A program made the position numbers and the translations under genes. From Amoeboaphelidium occidentale (Eukaryota), in the NCBI GenBank assembly GCA_023515795.1, contig JALGPX010000002.1:1-64000 (forward strand): a stretch of 64,000 bases of DNA. Direction: 5' to 3'. Below the pieces are notes generated by a model that saw only the letters and a list, made by a program, of their open reading frames with translations, was not told the origin of the DNA and searched no databases. Every line of letters starts with the position of its first letter. Positions within the stretch are counted from its first letter, which is position 1. This document shows positions 47,831 to 60,757 of this stretch, one piece after another.

Positions 47831-50800
47831 ATGACGATTGTCCTGTTCGTTTTGGATAATACATCGCCGACCATGTCGCTGTACTTTCCGCATGGGAAGC
47901 ATTTTGAGTATACAAATGCTTCATCGCCGCATACTTCCAGAATTAAATACACACGCTTTCATGCTGCGATTCACTCTGTTCAGTCGATAGTTAACGAATT
48001 CAGCTCACGAAAAGAGGAAATTAATTTTGCTCTGTTTCCTACGTCGGAGGCAGAGACTGCTGAAGGTTTTTTGGGGCTTTGAAGGTTTCTAAATTTTAAC
48101 GTATTCAGGTGGCTTCATTTACGCTGCTGATTCTAGACAGTTTCTGGATTCCGTTGCTACGACTGTTCGATATGTGCCGAACGCCGTTGCTCGTAATATC
48201 TAATGATGTTATTTATAACTGTGGCTAAATTGTGTAGAGGGCGAGAAGAAGGCGTCAGTGCTCCAAACAATAACGAAAGCGCATGGATTCCTGAAGGCTT
48301 ACAATTATCCTGTTCTAACAAATTTTGGTTGCGGGTTTTATCCTCCTATGGCCGAGCCCATGTTTGTATTTGTGTTGACCTCTGAGCAGTTCATCACGGA
48401 AACACAGTTCAAGACGGACTTCTTGTGGAACCTTCAAACAAGCATTTTCTTGTTTGTTGAAGAGCGCTTCATACATCCTGTTGGGCACAATTCATTACTA
48501 AGTCTTATGAAACAGTATAGCACGGAAATCAGCAGTGTTCTATTCGAATGCTCGACAATATTTGAGCTGCAAGCTGCTTTAGAATCATCTTTAGGTCCAA
48601 GAAAGTTCACATTCACACGTGAGACAAGATACCGTTTAACATATACTCATAATCAGTCTGCTTTGCCATTGAAACAGAAGGTGGTTTACTCGCCTACTTC
48701 AGTTCGCTTTGCTTGTAAGTTTGAGCATGCTGTGAATGCAAACGTTATACCAGCTGATATTGTACATAATTCGCCGTGTAACTACAAGAACATTAACAAG
48801 ATACGGAGCAATGCTTCTTCAACGGCTCACATACAAAAAATTTATGAGTATGTCGAAAGAAATGTTTCTGAATTGGGATCATGGCCTATTCCAATGAAGG
48901 ACACATTGAACGAAAATGAGTTTTCTCCTACTGTTGAAGCATCTGTATCTTGTCCTCATATTTATTTTGTGGAAGGGCAAGATGTTAAATGGCCTCCAAA
49001 GCCTCAGCCGCCGTATGCAAGGTACACTCTTGATCCACAGCAAACAAGTGGGATTTACGAGGAGCTGAATGAGATTTGTAAAAGAACAAACTACAAGATT
49101 TTCATTTGTTATGGGTCTAAATCCGATTATGAGAACAATAGGCCTTTTGGATACATCAAGAAAAGTTCTGCATCTGAAACGCCGTATTATTGGTTATATG
49201 TTCTACCATACAACTTTCCAACACTTTTCTGGCTACTAGATCACTACAACCGCCAGCAACAACCTTCATTCTACAAGCTAACATTACAGAGCGTTAAAGA
49301 AGAGGAGGACTTGATAGAGCAATACGTTAAAAGCTTGCCGCCATACTATATCAGCCCCATGAAGGAATTGATACCCAAATTCACAAGTCCTGCTTTATGT
49401 CACAAAATGTTACAGGCTTTAGCTATGCATCCTTATCCCATGGGATACTTTGATGTTATAAAAATGCCATTGTTTAATCATGTTGCTAAACAGATGAAGA
49501 ATTTGTTCCTTCAGTTCAGGAAATCTTGGGAGGACGCTGTTAGAGTTGGTTTAGTTACTACGAATTCCTCAGAAACGGTTCCTGACAATAGTGAGCTTAG
49601 TATTTCGGTCAAGGAGATAACATCCCGATTTGGAAAAGTCGTTGTTGGTAATGCTTTTGATGTTCCAAGGGAAATGCTTGTAATGCAGTGGAATTTGAGG
49701 CTGAAGAAATTGTATAATTTCGAGTATCCAAAGAATGAAATTGATGCCAACCGTGTTTCATTATCCGACTACAACTCGATAAAGATGCCGCAGTCTGTAG
49801 AAACGATTTTAAACGGCTGGGGTATCATGCCAAGAAAGACCGAAAACGCTGCCAAACCCGATTATGAAAAGCAAGTTGATGATAATAAGAAATTTCTTCA
49901 ACCCCGCTCGGAGTTACAAGAGCAGCTCGATGGTAAACATGCTGTATCGATTAAACAGATGAGCGATTACAATGAAAAGCGAAATGAACTTAAAAGAACA
50001 AGTCTCCGTCCATTGGATGAGAATATGGAAGCTATTCTGGATAAGATGTGTTTTGGTAATCCGTACAGATTTTCCAGTAAAATGAGCGAAAATAATAAGC
50101 AGGATTTTGGTGGAGATGTCAACCCTGGCGATTTTGTCGATTCTGGATCCGAATCCAATTATGGGAGCCGATGGAGAATTCATGCTCCTTCAAAACAGAA
50201 GATTGAAAACAAAATTAAAAGAATATCGGATTTGAATGTATCTCGGGTGTTAATTGAACGAATGACTCTTGTTGCTTTTGATGAAAGATTGTTAAACGAA
50301 GAGTATGACAGAAATGAATGCTTGAATGAAGTAAAAACTCAGCAACTTTTACCAGCAATCGAAGAGTATGAAAAGAAGAATAAGAAAAAGGCTCATCCTA
50401 AAGTCTCCAAGAAGCCTCCAACAATTACTTTACCAAGCCGTGAGGAGAAAATACAAGCGAATAATGAGGCTAAAATGTCTGAGAGTCCTACATCTATAAC
50501 AGAAGATGACTCTAACAGCGTAGCAGATTCGGAATCTTCGAGCAAAAGTTCTTTGAGTGAAGATACACATGTGAATGGAGGAAAGCCAGTTGATAAAGAA
50601 AAATCAGCGTCAAAGGAACAGAAATCAGCAAAAGTTGGGGAACCTACAAAAGAAAGAAGGCCATCGTTGAAAGATAAAATTGCACTCGTAAAAAGTGCCC
50701 CCGATCTTCCAAAAGTCGGTTTGGCTCAGCCACCAAAGATTGTTCCAACTGTTAAGCCAGCTATCAAAAGTCTTTCCTCATCACTGCAAACTTTACCACC

Positions 50801-52058
50801 TTGGGAGGAGGATGAGGAGAATCAATACAGCCCAGAAGAAAAGCCTATGTCCATCGCACCCTTGATTACTAAAATTCCAAATCCAACTCTGAGTATTGAA
50901 GGACCACAAGATCCAAGAAGGATGCAATCAAACGCTGCAAGTATGAAACCATCCGAATTAATTGCTCAAGAGCTACCGCCAATATTTTCTGCCAATGGAT
51001 CAAGTTTTGCTGAAATTAAGGTACCTAAAAGTATTCTGAAGCCCACGGTTCCTCATATTAACCAGCACGAGCTGATTTCGAAAATGGATCAAATTAGCAG
51101 CAAAAAGTCGATTTTTCTATCTTCTAAAAGCATACTTGATCATAAAGAAGAAGACATTACGGAATCGGCAAGTGCAAAAAAATCCTCACTAGCTCGTGTT
51201 CCATCGAAAAATAATGCCAACGTCGTCGACCTTCTTGCGGAAAGCGACAGTGACGACAATGAAGAAGAAGAAATTAGGCTTCCAAGAAGAAAGACTTTCA
51301 AGAGTTCATTTCAGCCTGAACCTTCTTTTAATACGGTAGAGAAGGATAATGATACTGAAGAAGATATTTTACCGCTTAAGAAAAAGCAGAAGAGCCACAG
51401 TTCAGTTTCCAACACAGTTGAGATGGCAGTAATGAAACGAATTCAAAGGAGAACGATACCTGATACATCAAGCTCATCAAGTGAATCCAGCTCAAGCGAT
51501 GAGGAACCCTTAATTGAGGTATACAAGAAATTCAATGCGCAAAACTCAGCAGCGAGACCAACTTTAAAAGCATTGCCGGCGATAGAAAGGAAATCGGTGT
51601 CTCACGCTAGGGCAGAAGTCCCAAATGTACCTGCACAACCTATTCCGAGCTTGGCACCATCAAAACCAGAGACTGTTTCACGTGGATCCTTTAATCTTGC
51701 TACTAGAACTGTTCAAAAAAATGTAGTCCAAGAAAAATTGTTTATTTCTAGCACTGACATAAAAGACTTAAGAGCATCAGCTGTGAAGTCATCAAGTGCA
51801 CGGTCGCAAGAAACAGGTGTTGTCTTGTCGGAGTCTAAAGTTGCGATGAAGATTAACTCGATATCTCCGCTGTTTCGTATGCCTATTAATGAAAAAAGAC
51901 TTAAGGAGCTTTCATCGATAGTTGAACTGCAACTTCATACAATAAGTTCTGAGGGCGAAAAACTTTTGTTTCTTCAGGGCCTTATTGGTGAGGCAAAGTT
52001 GCATTCGCAGTTGAGCTTAGTTGATGTTCTGGAGATGAAACTGAAGGATTTCTTTTAA
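47831..52058 (+). CDS. INTS6: Integrator complex subunit 6-like (VWA, INTS6 core, C-terminal domain), 2 introns
   Basis: Collinear INTS6 motifs MTIVLFVLDN, WPIP, RPFGYIK..LYVLPYNFPTL, YVKSLPPYY, NAFDVPR, HAVSIKQMSDY and FGNPY, with C-terminal FLQGLIGEAKLH. Confidence 0.8.
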
Positions 52059-52204
52059 GCGTTTTTACAGCGGCTAGAGATCAAATTGTCTTCTTCCCGT
52101 GCACGCAGCTCAAATCCAGAACATGTGATTGATGATTCGCCAACGCCGCCGTATAAAAATAAACGACTTGCTGCAAAACCTTTTTGCGACTTCACAAGGA
52201 CTAA

Positions 52205-55200
52205 ATGGACTTTGTATTTATTCCGATACCTTGTTACATTCAAGAGCAGACATCTGGATCTGTTGTTCAGATAGATGATCGTGTTTCATTGATCACATCT
52301 TTGGTAAAGGTCGGGGACGAAGCCAAGAACAGATTCAAAGTCCAAGTAGACGTTTTTCCTATGGATGAGAGTGATCCAGTCATCGCTAAGCAAATTGCAG
52401 CAGTTTGTATTCATGGGCCATTGAAACAAGTCCAAGCGGCACGATTATGGTTGATGAACCATCTTTTGAAACAGGTTTACTTTCAGGAACTAGACTTATC
52501 ATTAGGAAATGCTTCCAGTACGTTGCAACTCATATCATTTATTCCAAACTGGAACTTTTGCCTTGAAAGATTACGTGAGAGATCGTTTATTAGAGATCGA
52601 AGAGGTTTCAAATGTTCAAACACGGATTACGATCAAGAACTCAAAGTTTTGCCTCCCACCGGTAACCCTCCTTGACGGGCCTACTGATGCTATTATCGAA
52701 CTGTATGGGTCTTACCACGGAATACAGAAGGCAAAGATAAAAATCTTTGAACTCTTGGCCGAGCTAAAAGACATGGCAATCGAGAGATATCCCGTTAATG
52801 TCAAAACTATTCCACTTTTATCTGGAAGAGGAAAGCACAGATTCTTCGATCTAATGGCTGCAGAACATGTTTCAATCTTTACTCTTGATCCTTGCCCTGA
52901 TATTTCTGTTTTGGATACCAAAGAAAGCGATCCTAGTCTCGAAAACTCGAACATCCTTCTTATCGGTAAGGATAATTCATCTGTTAAAGCTACATGGAGC
53001 AAAATTGATCAGTTATTTAAGGCGAAAGGATCAACCATGAAGAGCAAATCAGTTCCGATTGACCTCAAGAAGCTTCAACTTCTTGTCCAAGAAAACCACA
53101 ACACCTTGAAGGATATCCTTATTTTAAATGCGACTCACATGAAAATCAGCATGCTTGACTCTGACAGGTCTAAAGGTCCTGAATTAGTTAAGATGACTAT
53201 AAGCGGAGAATTGGATAGTTGTATAGAGAATACGATCAAAGAAATTGTCGATCTTTGCACTAAGTTCTTTTACTTGCGTATAAGTTTATCCAACTCTCTT
53301 GTTACAGAGTTGAGCAAGCAAAATGTATCAAAGGCAGCTTTCGTGAAAAGATTTTCTAGAATGGTTCAAAGGACAGGTTGCGAAATTAATGTTGTTGGGA
53401 GTGTAATTGTTTTGACTGGCTCAGCGGACGCAGTGACAGAAGCAGGACGAATGATAAAAGAAGTTGAGGATTTGCAGCATCTCATCAAAGAAGTAAGATT
53501 TTCGGTGGAACTTGCAAGTCTTTACAAAGATTTCATCACTGGAAAGAAGAATGGCAAAATTACAAAGATTACCAAGGGCGCTGGCGTCAACATTACATTC
53601 GACGAGACAATGCCTCACCAATTAATAATGGACATTTTTAGTCCAGTTTATGGTAAAGCGTTAGATGGATTTCAACAAATGATACAAGAGTTGCCAGCAG
53701 AAATGAAGTTTTACGTTTCAGATACTCACCACAAGAGAATAATTGGTGTTGGAGGCAAGAATATCCAGTCTATCATGAAAGTTTACGGCGTTTATGTTAA
53801 GTTTATGAGTAATGAAGAGTTTGGTAGTGTTGGCGGAAAGTGTTACTTTGACAACAATGTGCTGGCTAGAACGCCAGCAAAGAACAGTGCGAATCTCAAG
53901 AGTTTATATCATGCCGTTATGGATCTTATTGATGTAGAGGACAGAAACAAAGTTATCAAGACTATTGACGTCAATTTGTTTTCACATCGTATCCTGTATA
54001 ACAAACGAACTGAGATTGAAGATTCTTCCTCTGCAAGACTTTCTTTTCCTGATCTCTCAAGCGGCCTACAGACAATTACTATAGAAGGACCTGAAAAATC
54101 AACCATGGCAGCCACCAAAATAGTGAATTCAACCATTAACGTCTCTGCTGGAATAATCTTCATCTCAGAAAAATCTGACATCACAGTGCTGAAAGGTTAC
54201 AACGCTTTAGTATCTATACTAGATACTAATGCTGTCAAGCTACACAGCAGCGCTTTGATAAAAGATAAGCTCAAAATACTCACCGTTACCATGAGTCAAT
54301 CAACATTCTTGTCCCACTTTGAGACAGTTAAAACTAAAATTTTGGATATGTTCAAGAACAATGGCATCGAAGTCCATTCATTGAAGGAAGCTCCTGTTGA
54401 GATTGCTTACCACGAAAAGTCAAAGTCTGCGGAAGATTCAGGTAATGATGCTGAGACTTCCAACGCTAAAAACGACTCTCAAATGTTTCAAAGCATGTCC
54501 TCAATATCACTTGTCGATAAACTATCTGGTGCAGCAGATTCGAAATTTACAGGCTCTGCTCCGAACTTGAGATCTCTTTTACCGGAAAGCCAGACTCCAG
54601 AAAAGAAGTTTCACCCAGCAATCGGCAATAATGGGACCAGAACGTCATCTACAAGCTTATCAAAAGCTGAAGGGTTTACAGCCGCCGTGGACCAAATTAC
54701 TTCAAGTATTCCACCGCTTATCAATCAAGCGCCGGGATCTTCAGCTTTGCCAAACACTGGAGTTGCAACAAAGAAAGTAAGCGTTTCAATGATGAATCCT
54801 TATAGGCGTACAACTCTGAATGGCCAAGGATTTTCTGATCAAATGTTTTCGGATGGCTCAACAGTCGTTCCTAGTGATTCAGATATCACTCAATACTCTT
54901 CTGATTACCAAGATGATAGCGACCAACAATCCAAAAAGGGAACTCAAGGCGACACCCTTAACAGAAAAATGACTCCACCAAGGATTAGCACTCAAATCGA
55001 CGATGAGACCATTATCCATCAAGAAACTGTCGTGACAGAGACTCAGGTTAGTGCTGAATTCGTTTCCTCCGTCATTAAGAACATACTCCCAATGGACTCA
55101 AATAACAGTAAGAAATTTAAAAGAAAAGACTTAAATTATTAGGACTTGATTTGCTCTTGGACTCCCTGGACCTAGGAAAATACAAACAAACATTCCTGGA

Positions 55201-55881
55201 TAACGATGTCGATTTCGAAATGTTTATGAAGTTGAAAGAAGAAGACTTCAAAGAGCTTGGTTTGTCGTTAGGTGCTAGAAAGAAGCTAGTGACTGCGATG
55301 GAAGAGGTGAAAGCAAGGCGAGACCAAGACGTTTCTTATCGATCATCAACTACAAACCCTCCAGAAACAAAAGTTATCCTTCCAACAGTTTCGGCACCAG
55401 TATCTCCTGCAACCTGGTATAATAAGAACGATTGGAATACAGCAAATACCCAAGGTAAATCTTTCTGTGCAAATACTAAATTTAAGGTTCGTTCGGTTAT
55501 AATGGAGGATCATTTTCAAACGGCTTTGCCTTGGGGCCCGGAGCATCAAAATCGATACCTTCCAGTCCTACAACTTTGGCACCTACTTCAAATCCATTTT
55601 CGATCAACGTCGCGCAAAACGCATCCAATACTTCTGTTGGACAAGTCTCACCGAACAAAACAAGCGGATTTGCACCTGCGTTACTAAGCCCTCTAACCTC
55701 AAGGCCATTCTTCCCAGCTGGCTTAGGAATACCAAAACCACATAGTTTTTCTAGTTCCAATACACCGTTGATGCAAAAAAGTTTGACAACAGAAGATCAA
55801 GCAGGTAAGCAATCACAAGGAAGACCACGAATCCATACAGACCCTTCGTTGTATGATACCAAAGGAAACAATACCAAATAG
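52205..55881 (+). CDS. Multi-KH RNA-binding protein with SAM domain (Mug60/Bicaudal-C-like), 3 introns
   Basis: KH motifs FITGKKNGKITKI, ELPAEMKFYV..HHKRIIGVGGKNIQ and NVLARTPAKN. SAM segment LLDSLDLGKYKQTFLDNDVDFEMFMKLKEEDFKELGLSLGARKKL. Confidence 0.85.
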
Positions 55882-55916
55882 AAAATTCCAACTGAAATAC
55901 CCAGATTTTATTCAAA

Positions 55917-58240
55917 TCAGATGCTGAACAAAAGCTCAGTGTACTTAGGGAACGGCCAACTCTTGTCTGGGATAATTTGTTCCAAACGATCAACAATATC
56001 ACGCAATTCGCGCATGACAGGCAACAACTTTTCAGCAGCCAAAGTATCAGCGCCGTCGTGCGTACCAACGACAACATCAATTGCTTCGCCCAACTTCTCA
56101 GCAGATCCTTGCAAAGTAACAGTCAAATCACCCAAAGTTTTAAGGACGTTCTTCTCAGGATCAGCACTAACTCCAGCATTCTTCAAGTTGTTTGAAGACT
56201 CGGCCAAAAACTTACGGTATTCAAATGCAGTTGGAATGATGCTGGTCAAAACAATAGATTTCAAAGTGTTTGCTTCAATCAACAATTCCTTAGAATACTT
56301 CTCTGTAAGAACATGATAACGGGCATCCAACTCAGCTTCACTGAAAACTTCAGTAGTCTTGGTCAACATAGTCTTGTGCTTTTCATCCAATAAAGCCTTG
56401 AAAGCTTCAGTCGAGTTCTTGAAGTTCGGAAGTCCACGCTTAGCAGCTTCAGCATGCCATTCTGCAGAGTAACCATCACCCTCGAAACGGATGTTCTTGG
56501 TCTTCTTGATGAATTCCTTCAATACAGCAAAAACTTCATCAGTGGTTGGATCGCGCTTTCCACCGGTCTTAGTTTCAATTGCAGCAGTAATTTCCTTCAT
56601 CGAAGCAGCAGCTGCAGCGTTCAACAAAGCAACAGGGAAAGAAGGACTCTGCTTTGCACCAACAGCACGGAATTCAAACTTGTTTCCGGTAAAGGCAAAA
56701 GGAGAGGTTCTGTTTCTGTCGGTCAAATCACGAGCAATCTCAGGAAGAGTCTTGACCTTAACATCCAAAACGGTACCGCCAACCTTAATTGAGGTGATAT
56801 GAGGCTGAACCTTCTTTTGAACTTCACGTCCTTCTTCGACAGCGTTCAAAACTTCATTCAAATGATCACCCATGAAAACAGAGATGATGCTAGGTGGAGC
56901 TTCATTTCCACCCAAACGATGATCGTTGCTAGCAGAAGCAATACCGCATCTCAACAATGCACTGTGTTTGTAAACTGCATTGATGGTTGCAACCAAGAAG
57001 GTCATGAAGACAGGGTTGGCCTCAGGCTTGCTTGTAGGATCCAACAAATTAATACCGGTATCAGTGGACATGGACCAGTTGCAATGTTTGCCGCTTCCGT
57101 TAATTCCATGGAAAGGCTTCTCGTGGAACAATGCCTTCAACTTGTGACGATGAGCAACTTTGTGCAAAGTAATCATAGTCAACAAATTGTGGTCAACTGC
57201 CAACGGAGCTTCTTCAAAGATAGGAGCCTAAAAGTGAGAAACGTCAAGAAACAAAGTTTACCATTTCAAATTGAGCAGGAGCAACTTCATTGTGACGAGT
57301 TTTAATTGGAACACCCAATTTAAACAATTCAAGTTCTGTTTCAGACAAAGCAGCCAACACTCTTGAAGGGATCGAACCAAAGTAATGATCTTCCAATTGC
57401 TGATGCTTAGGAGGGATAGAACCCAGAAGAGTTCTTCCAGCAATCTTCAAATCAGGACGCAAAGCGTATAAGCCACGGTCCAACAAGAAGAATTCTTGTT
57501 CAGTTCCCAAAGTAGCAGCAACTCTGGTGACGTCCTTGTGACCCAAAAGATGCATCAATTTTGTAGCAGACTGGTTGACAGCTTCAACAGAACGCAACAA
57601 GATGGTTTTTTCATCCAAAGCTTCACCATTGTAACCAATGAAAACAGAAGGAATGTACAAGATCTTGGTACCGTTTGGTCCTTCTTGCAAGAACAACGGA
57701 GAAGTTGTATCCCAAACTGTGTAACCACGAGCTTCAAATGTAGCACGGACACCACCATTAGGGAAACTGGAAGCATCAGGCTCAGCTTGCATCAATTGGG
57801 TTCCGGAGAATTGGTCAACAGGAACAGTTTCTTCACCAAATGGACCATTGACACTTTTCAAGCTCATAAAAGTATCATGCTTTTCAGCGGTGGTATCAGT
57901 CTGAGGTTGAAACCAGTGAGTAAAGTGTGTTGCACCATTATCGGTAGCCCAAACTTTGACGGCATGGGCAATCGCATCGCCTGAGAGAGTCAGAACTTGT
58001 CAAAACTGAAAACTTACCAGTTGGCTTATCCAAAGACTTGTGGCCACGCATTTGACGAATGAAGTCAGCAAAGACGGGCTTAGGCAAATGGGACTGCATC
58101 TTCTTGAGGGTGAACACATTCTCTGCAAAGATTTCGGAGACAGTTAATTGTCTCTTGGAGATCGGATCAACTGGGTAAGTTGTTGCTCTGGATGGCCTGA
58201 CGACCTGCTCTAGGACACTGTTAATTCTGGCGTTCTGCAT
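55917..58240 (-). CDS. Glutamine synthetase type III (GlnN-like), 2 introns
   Basis: GSIII hallmarks [73 protein letters not shown] and [21 protein letters not shown]. Confidence 0.95.
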
Positions 58241-58638
58241 TTTGACTTTAATTCAGTTTAAGGGCAGAAACACTCTGGAAAAAATATGATGCTTCTGTTT
58301 GGGCCTGAAAGTTTGTCATCGCTCGCCATGGATAATCGATCACACTTCTGGTGGCGCGGAGCTTGGCGAAATTCAACATGAACGCGAAAAGTTCAACCTT
58401 CCACTACTGGATTTTAAGGCAAGTTCGTGATAAGGTCGGAATTATATTGGGTAGCATCTGACACGAAGCTTGTGACACTGAGCTTATTTAAGTTAAGAGA
58501 AAGTAAAGGTTTGATATGGTTCCGGCACTTAAATATTTACGTTCTAAAGTCGCATTCATTCGTAATATCGTTGTAAAGTGGTGCTGCTGCTATTAATAGC
58601 TCAATCAATTTCTTTGCTGTGTGATTCTACCGAAACTG

Positions 58639-60703
58639 ATGATAAGAGCACGCTTCATAGTGGGTGCTTCGGCTTTGTTGGTGCAGCAATGCTTTGCCGC
58701 AATACCTTCAATGACACCGGATGCTACAGGTACAATTGAAACTGATCGATCGTGGACTAATCTTGCGTAGTTGGGCCAACTCCTTTACCGCCTGATGATG
58801 CGATCATACAAGCAAGACAAGCAAACGAATGTAACTTATCTGGAGTTGATACTGAATCTTGATGTCTGTAGTCTTTAGTATGATGAACAATGTTGGATCT
58901 GCGGTGCCAGGAACCTTGTTCGTGATGCTTGCGACTTTCTTCATCTGTTATATGGTGAACTTCATGCTGAACAGGCAGTTCGTGAGAAGAGAAGCACACA
59001 AGTACTCCTCGTTGTCTCAATCTGGACAACCAACGACGCTAAGTACTGCACCATTATCAGCTGATTCCACAACTGCTCGCTCTGGCGCCACGACCATGCT
59101 GGATACTGCACTGCCAAGTAGTACACCTGCAGGACCAAATGGAAGTGATAGTAAGCATTATATCAAGACTAAAACTGCCACTTCTACAAGTTCTGGAGCT
59201 AAAACAACCACTGCTGCTGGTGTAACAACCAGCAAGTTTAACATCACACTTGAAGGTGCTGGTGTTGGCTTCGTGGAATCAGAGCAGTCTGCAAACGAGG
59301 AAGCTATTGAAAAAATTCATGATGAGCATGCAACATGGCATATGGCTGGAACTCCTGTGTTCTCTTTGCCAGGTTTCTTGTTGATGGATTTCTCTGCAGA
59401 TTTGAGACTAAGAGGAAAAATCGCTGAGGGTGGCGGTGGTGTCATTTATAAGGGAGAGATTGTGAACGAGGAGTTTGTGAAGCGTTTTGATACAAAGCAA
59501 GCCGTGGTTAAAGTGCTTAAACGTAAGTTTTCAACTACATGGAGTCTTTTAATGTGTAGCTTTACCATCCATGCCTTTCGCTGAACTGAAAACAACTGTG
59601 TATCAAGAAATCGCAGTCATGCAAGCTCTAAGTCATCATCCAAACGTCATCACTTTAATCGGATTCACTGAGGAACCGCTATCAATTATTATGAAACTCT
59701 ACGACAGAAATTTGTTCAATTTAGTAATGGCCTATCCAGAATATGCCTTGAATTCTTCCGAGTATGAGACGATGAAACAGATGGTCAAAACTGAGACTAA
59801 ATTGAAGAAGGGTTTGCTAGTGAAAGGATTTGAGATTCTTCCAGAGATTGCTCTTCATTTGGCTTACGGTATGGCAGCTGGTATGGCTGAAATGCATTTA
59901 TTGGGTATTTTGCACAGAGATTTAAAGAGTGCAAACGTCCTGTTGGAATACAGAGCTGGATCTAACGCGCCAAAGTCAGCATGGATGAACAACCCTGCAT
60001 TATCTTCTATTGCCGCCAAAGTTTCTGGATTGATGGGTCAGAACTCTCTAGCTGGCGGCGTTGGATGGGGATTTGATTCTCAAGGACGACCATGTAAAAC
60101 TTTCTTTAAGCTGTTGGTCTAATTTTCTTAGTTTGCCCTGTGAATCCTGTTATTTGTGATTTTGGTTTGGCAAAGTTCATTAAGAAACCTGGAGAATTCG
60201 ACTTGTCTTCCGTGTCAGTCAAGGGCATGAAGGATATTTCTGCTGTAGGTATTTCATACAGATATGCTGCTCCAGAAGCCTTCAACAGAATGTACCAAAA
60301 GCAAGGTTTGGTCGATGAAGCAAAGCCTGTTGATGTGTATGCTTACGCTGTTATGGTCTGGGAATTGTTAGAAAGAAAAGTACCATTCCACAAATCATCA
60401 AACAGAGAAGTAGAAGGAAAAGTAAAGATGGGAGAAAGACCATTTATTTCTCCTCAGTACAAAGATCCAAGCAAACCTTTTGAAAATAACAAGCACTACT
60501 CTGTGCTTCTCAAAGTAATTGAAGCAACTTGGAAACAAGATCCTCGTGAAAGGCCAAGTTTTGAAGAGTTGAAGCAAAAATTAAAAGCTTTCTGGCTAGG
60601 TGCTCCAGAGGTTAGGGATGCAGAAAGTGCAAAGACACCACGAATGGATGGCTTACCACCTACTGAATCCCCCTTCTACACGAATAATGTCCAAAACAAA
60701 TAA
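58639..60703 (+). CDS. Single-pass receptor-like TKL protein kinase, 4 introns
   Basis: Spliced start MIRARFIVGASALLVQQCFA is signal-like, followed by a ~40-aa ectodomain and TM TLFVMLATFFICYMVNFML. Kinase motifs IAEGGGGVIYKG, AVVK, HRDLKSANVLL, DFG and YAAPE. Confidence 0.85.
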
Positions 60704-60757
60704 AAATAAACGCAAAACGTTAATCAATGCGTGAAGATAATCAGATGATGTTCTATT

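Noticed and set aside
3897..52058. Apparent clustering of Pol II and RNA-processing genes (RAE1, MED25, DOT1, CDC73, CPSF2, XRN2, SMN, INO80, INTS6)
   Set aside because: They are interspersed with unrelated genes and plausible by chance in a small gene-dense genome; no enrichment test was possible.
55921..57984. Several long plus-strand ORFs opposite GSIII
   Set aside because: These are the antisense open frames expected from strong codon bias, with no motifs.
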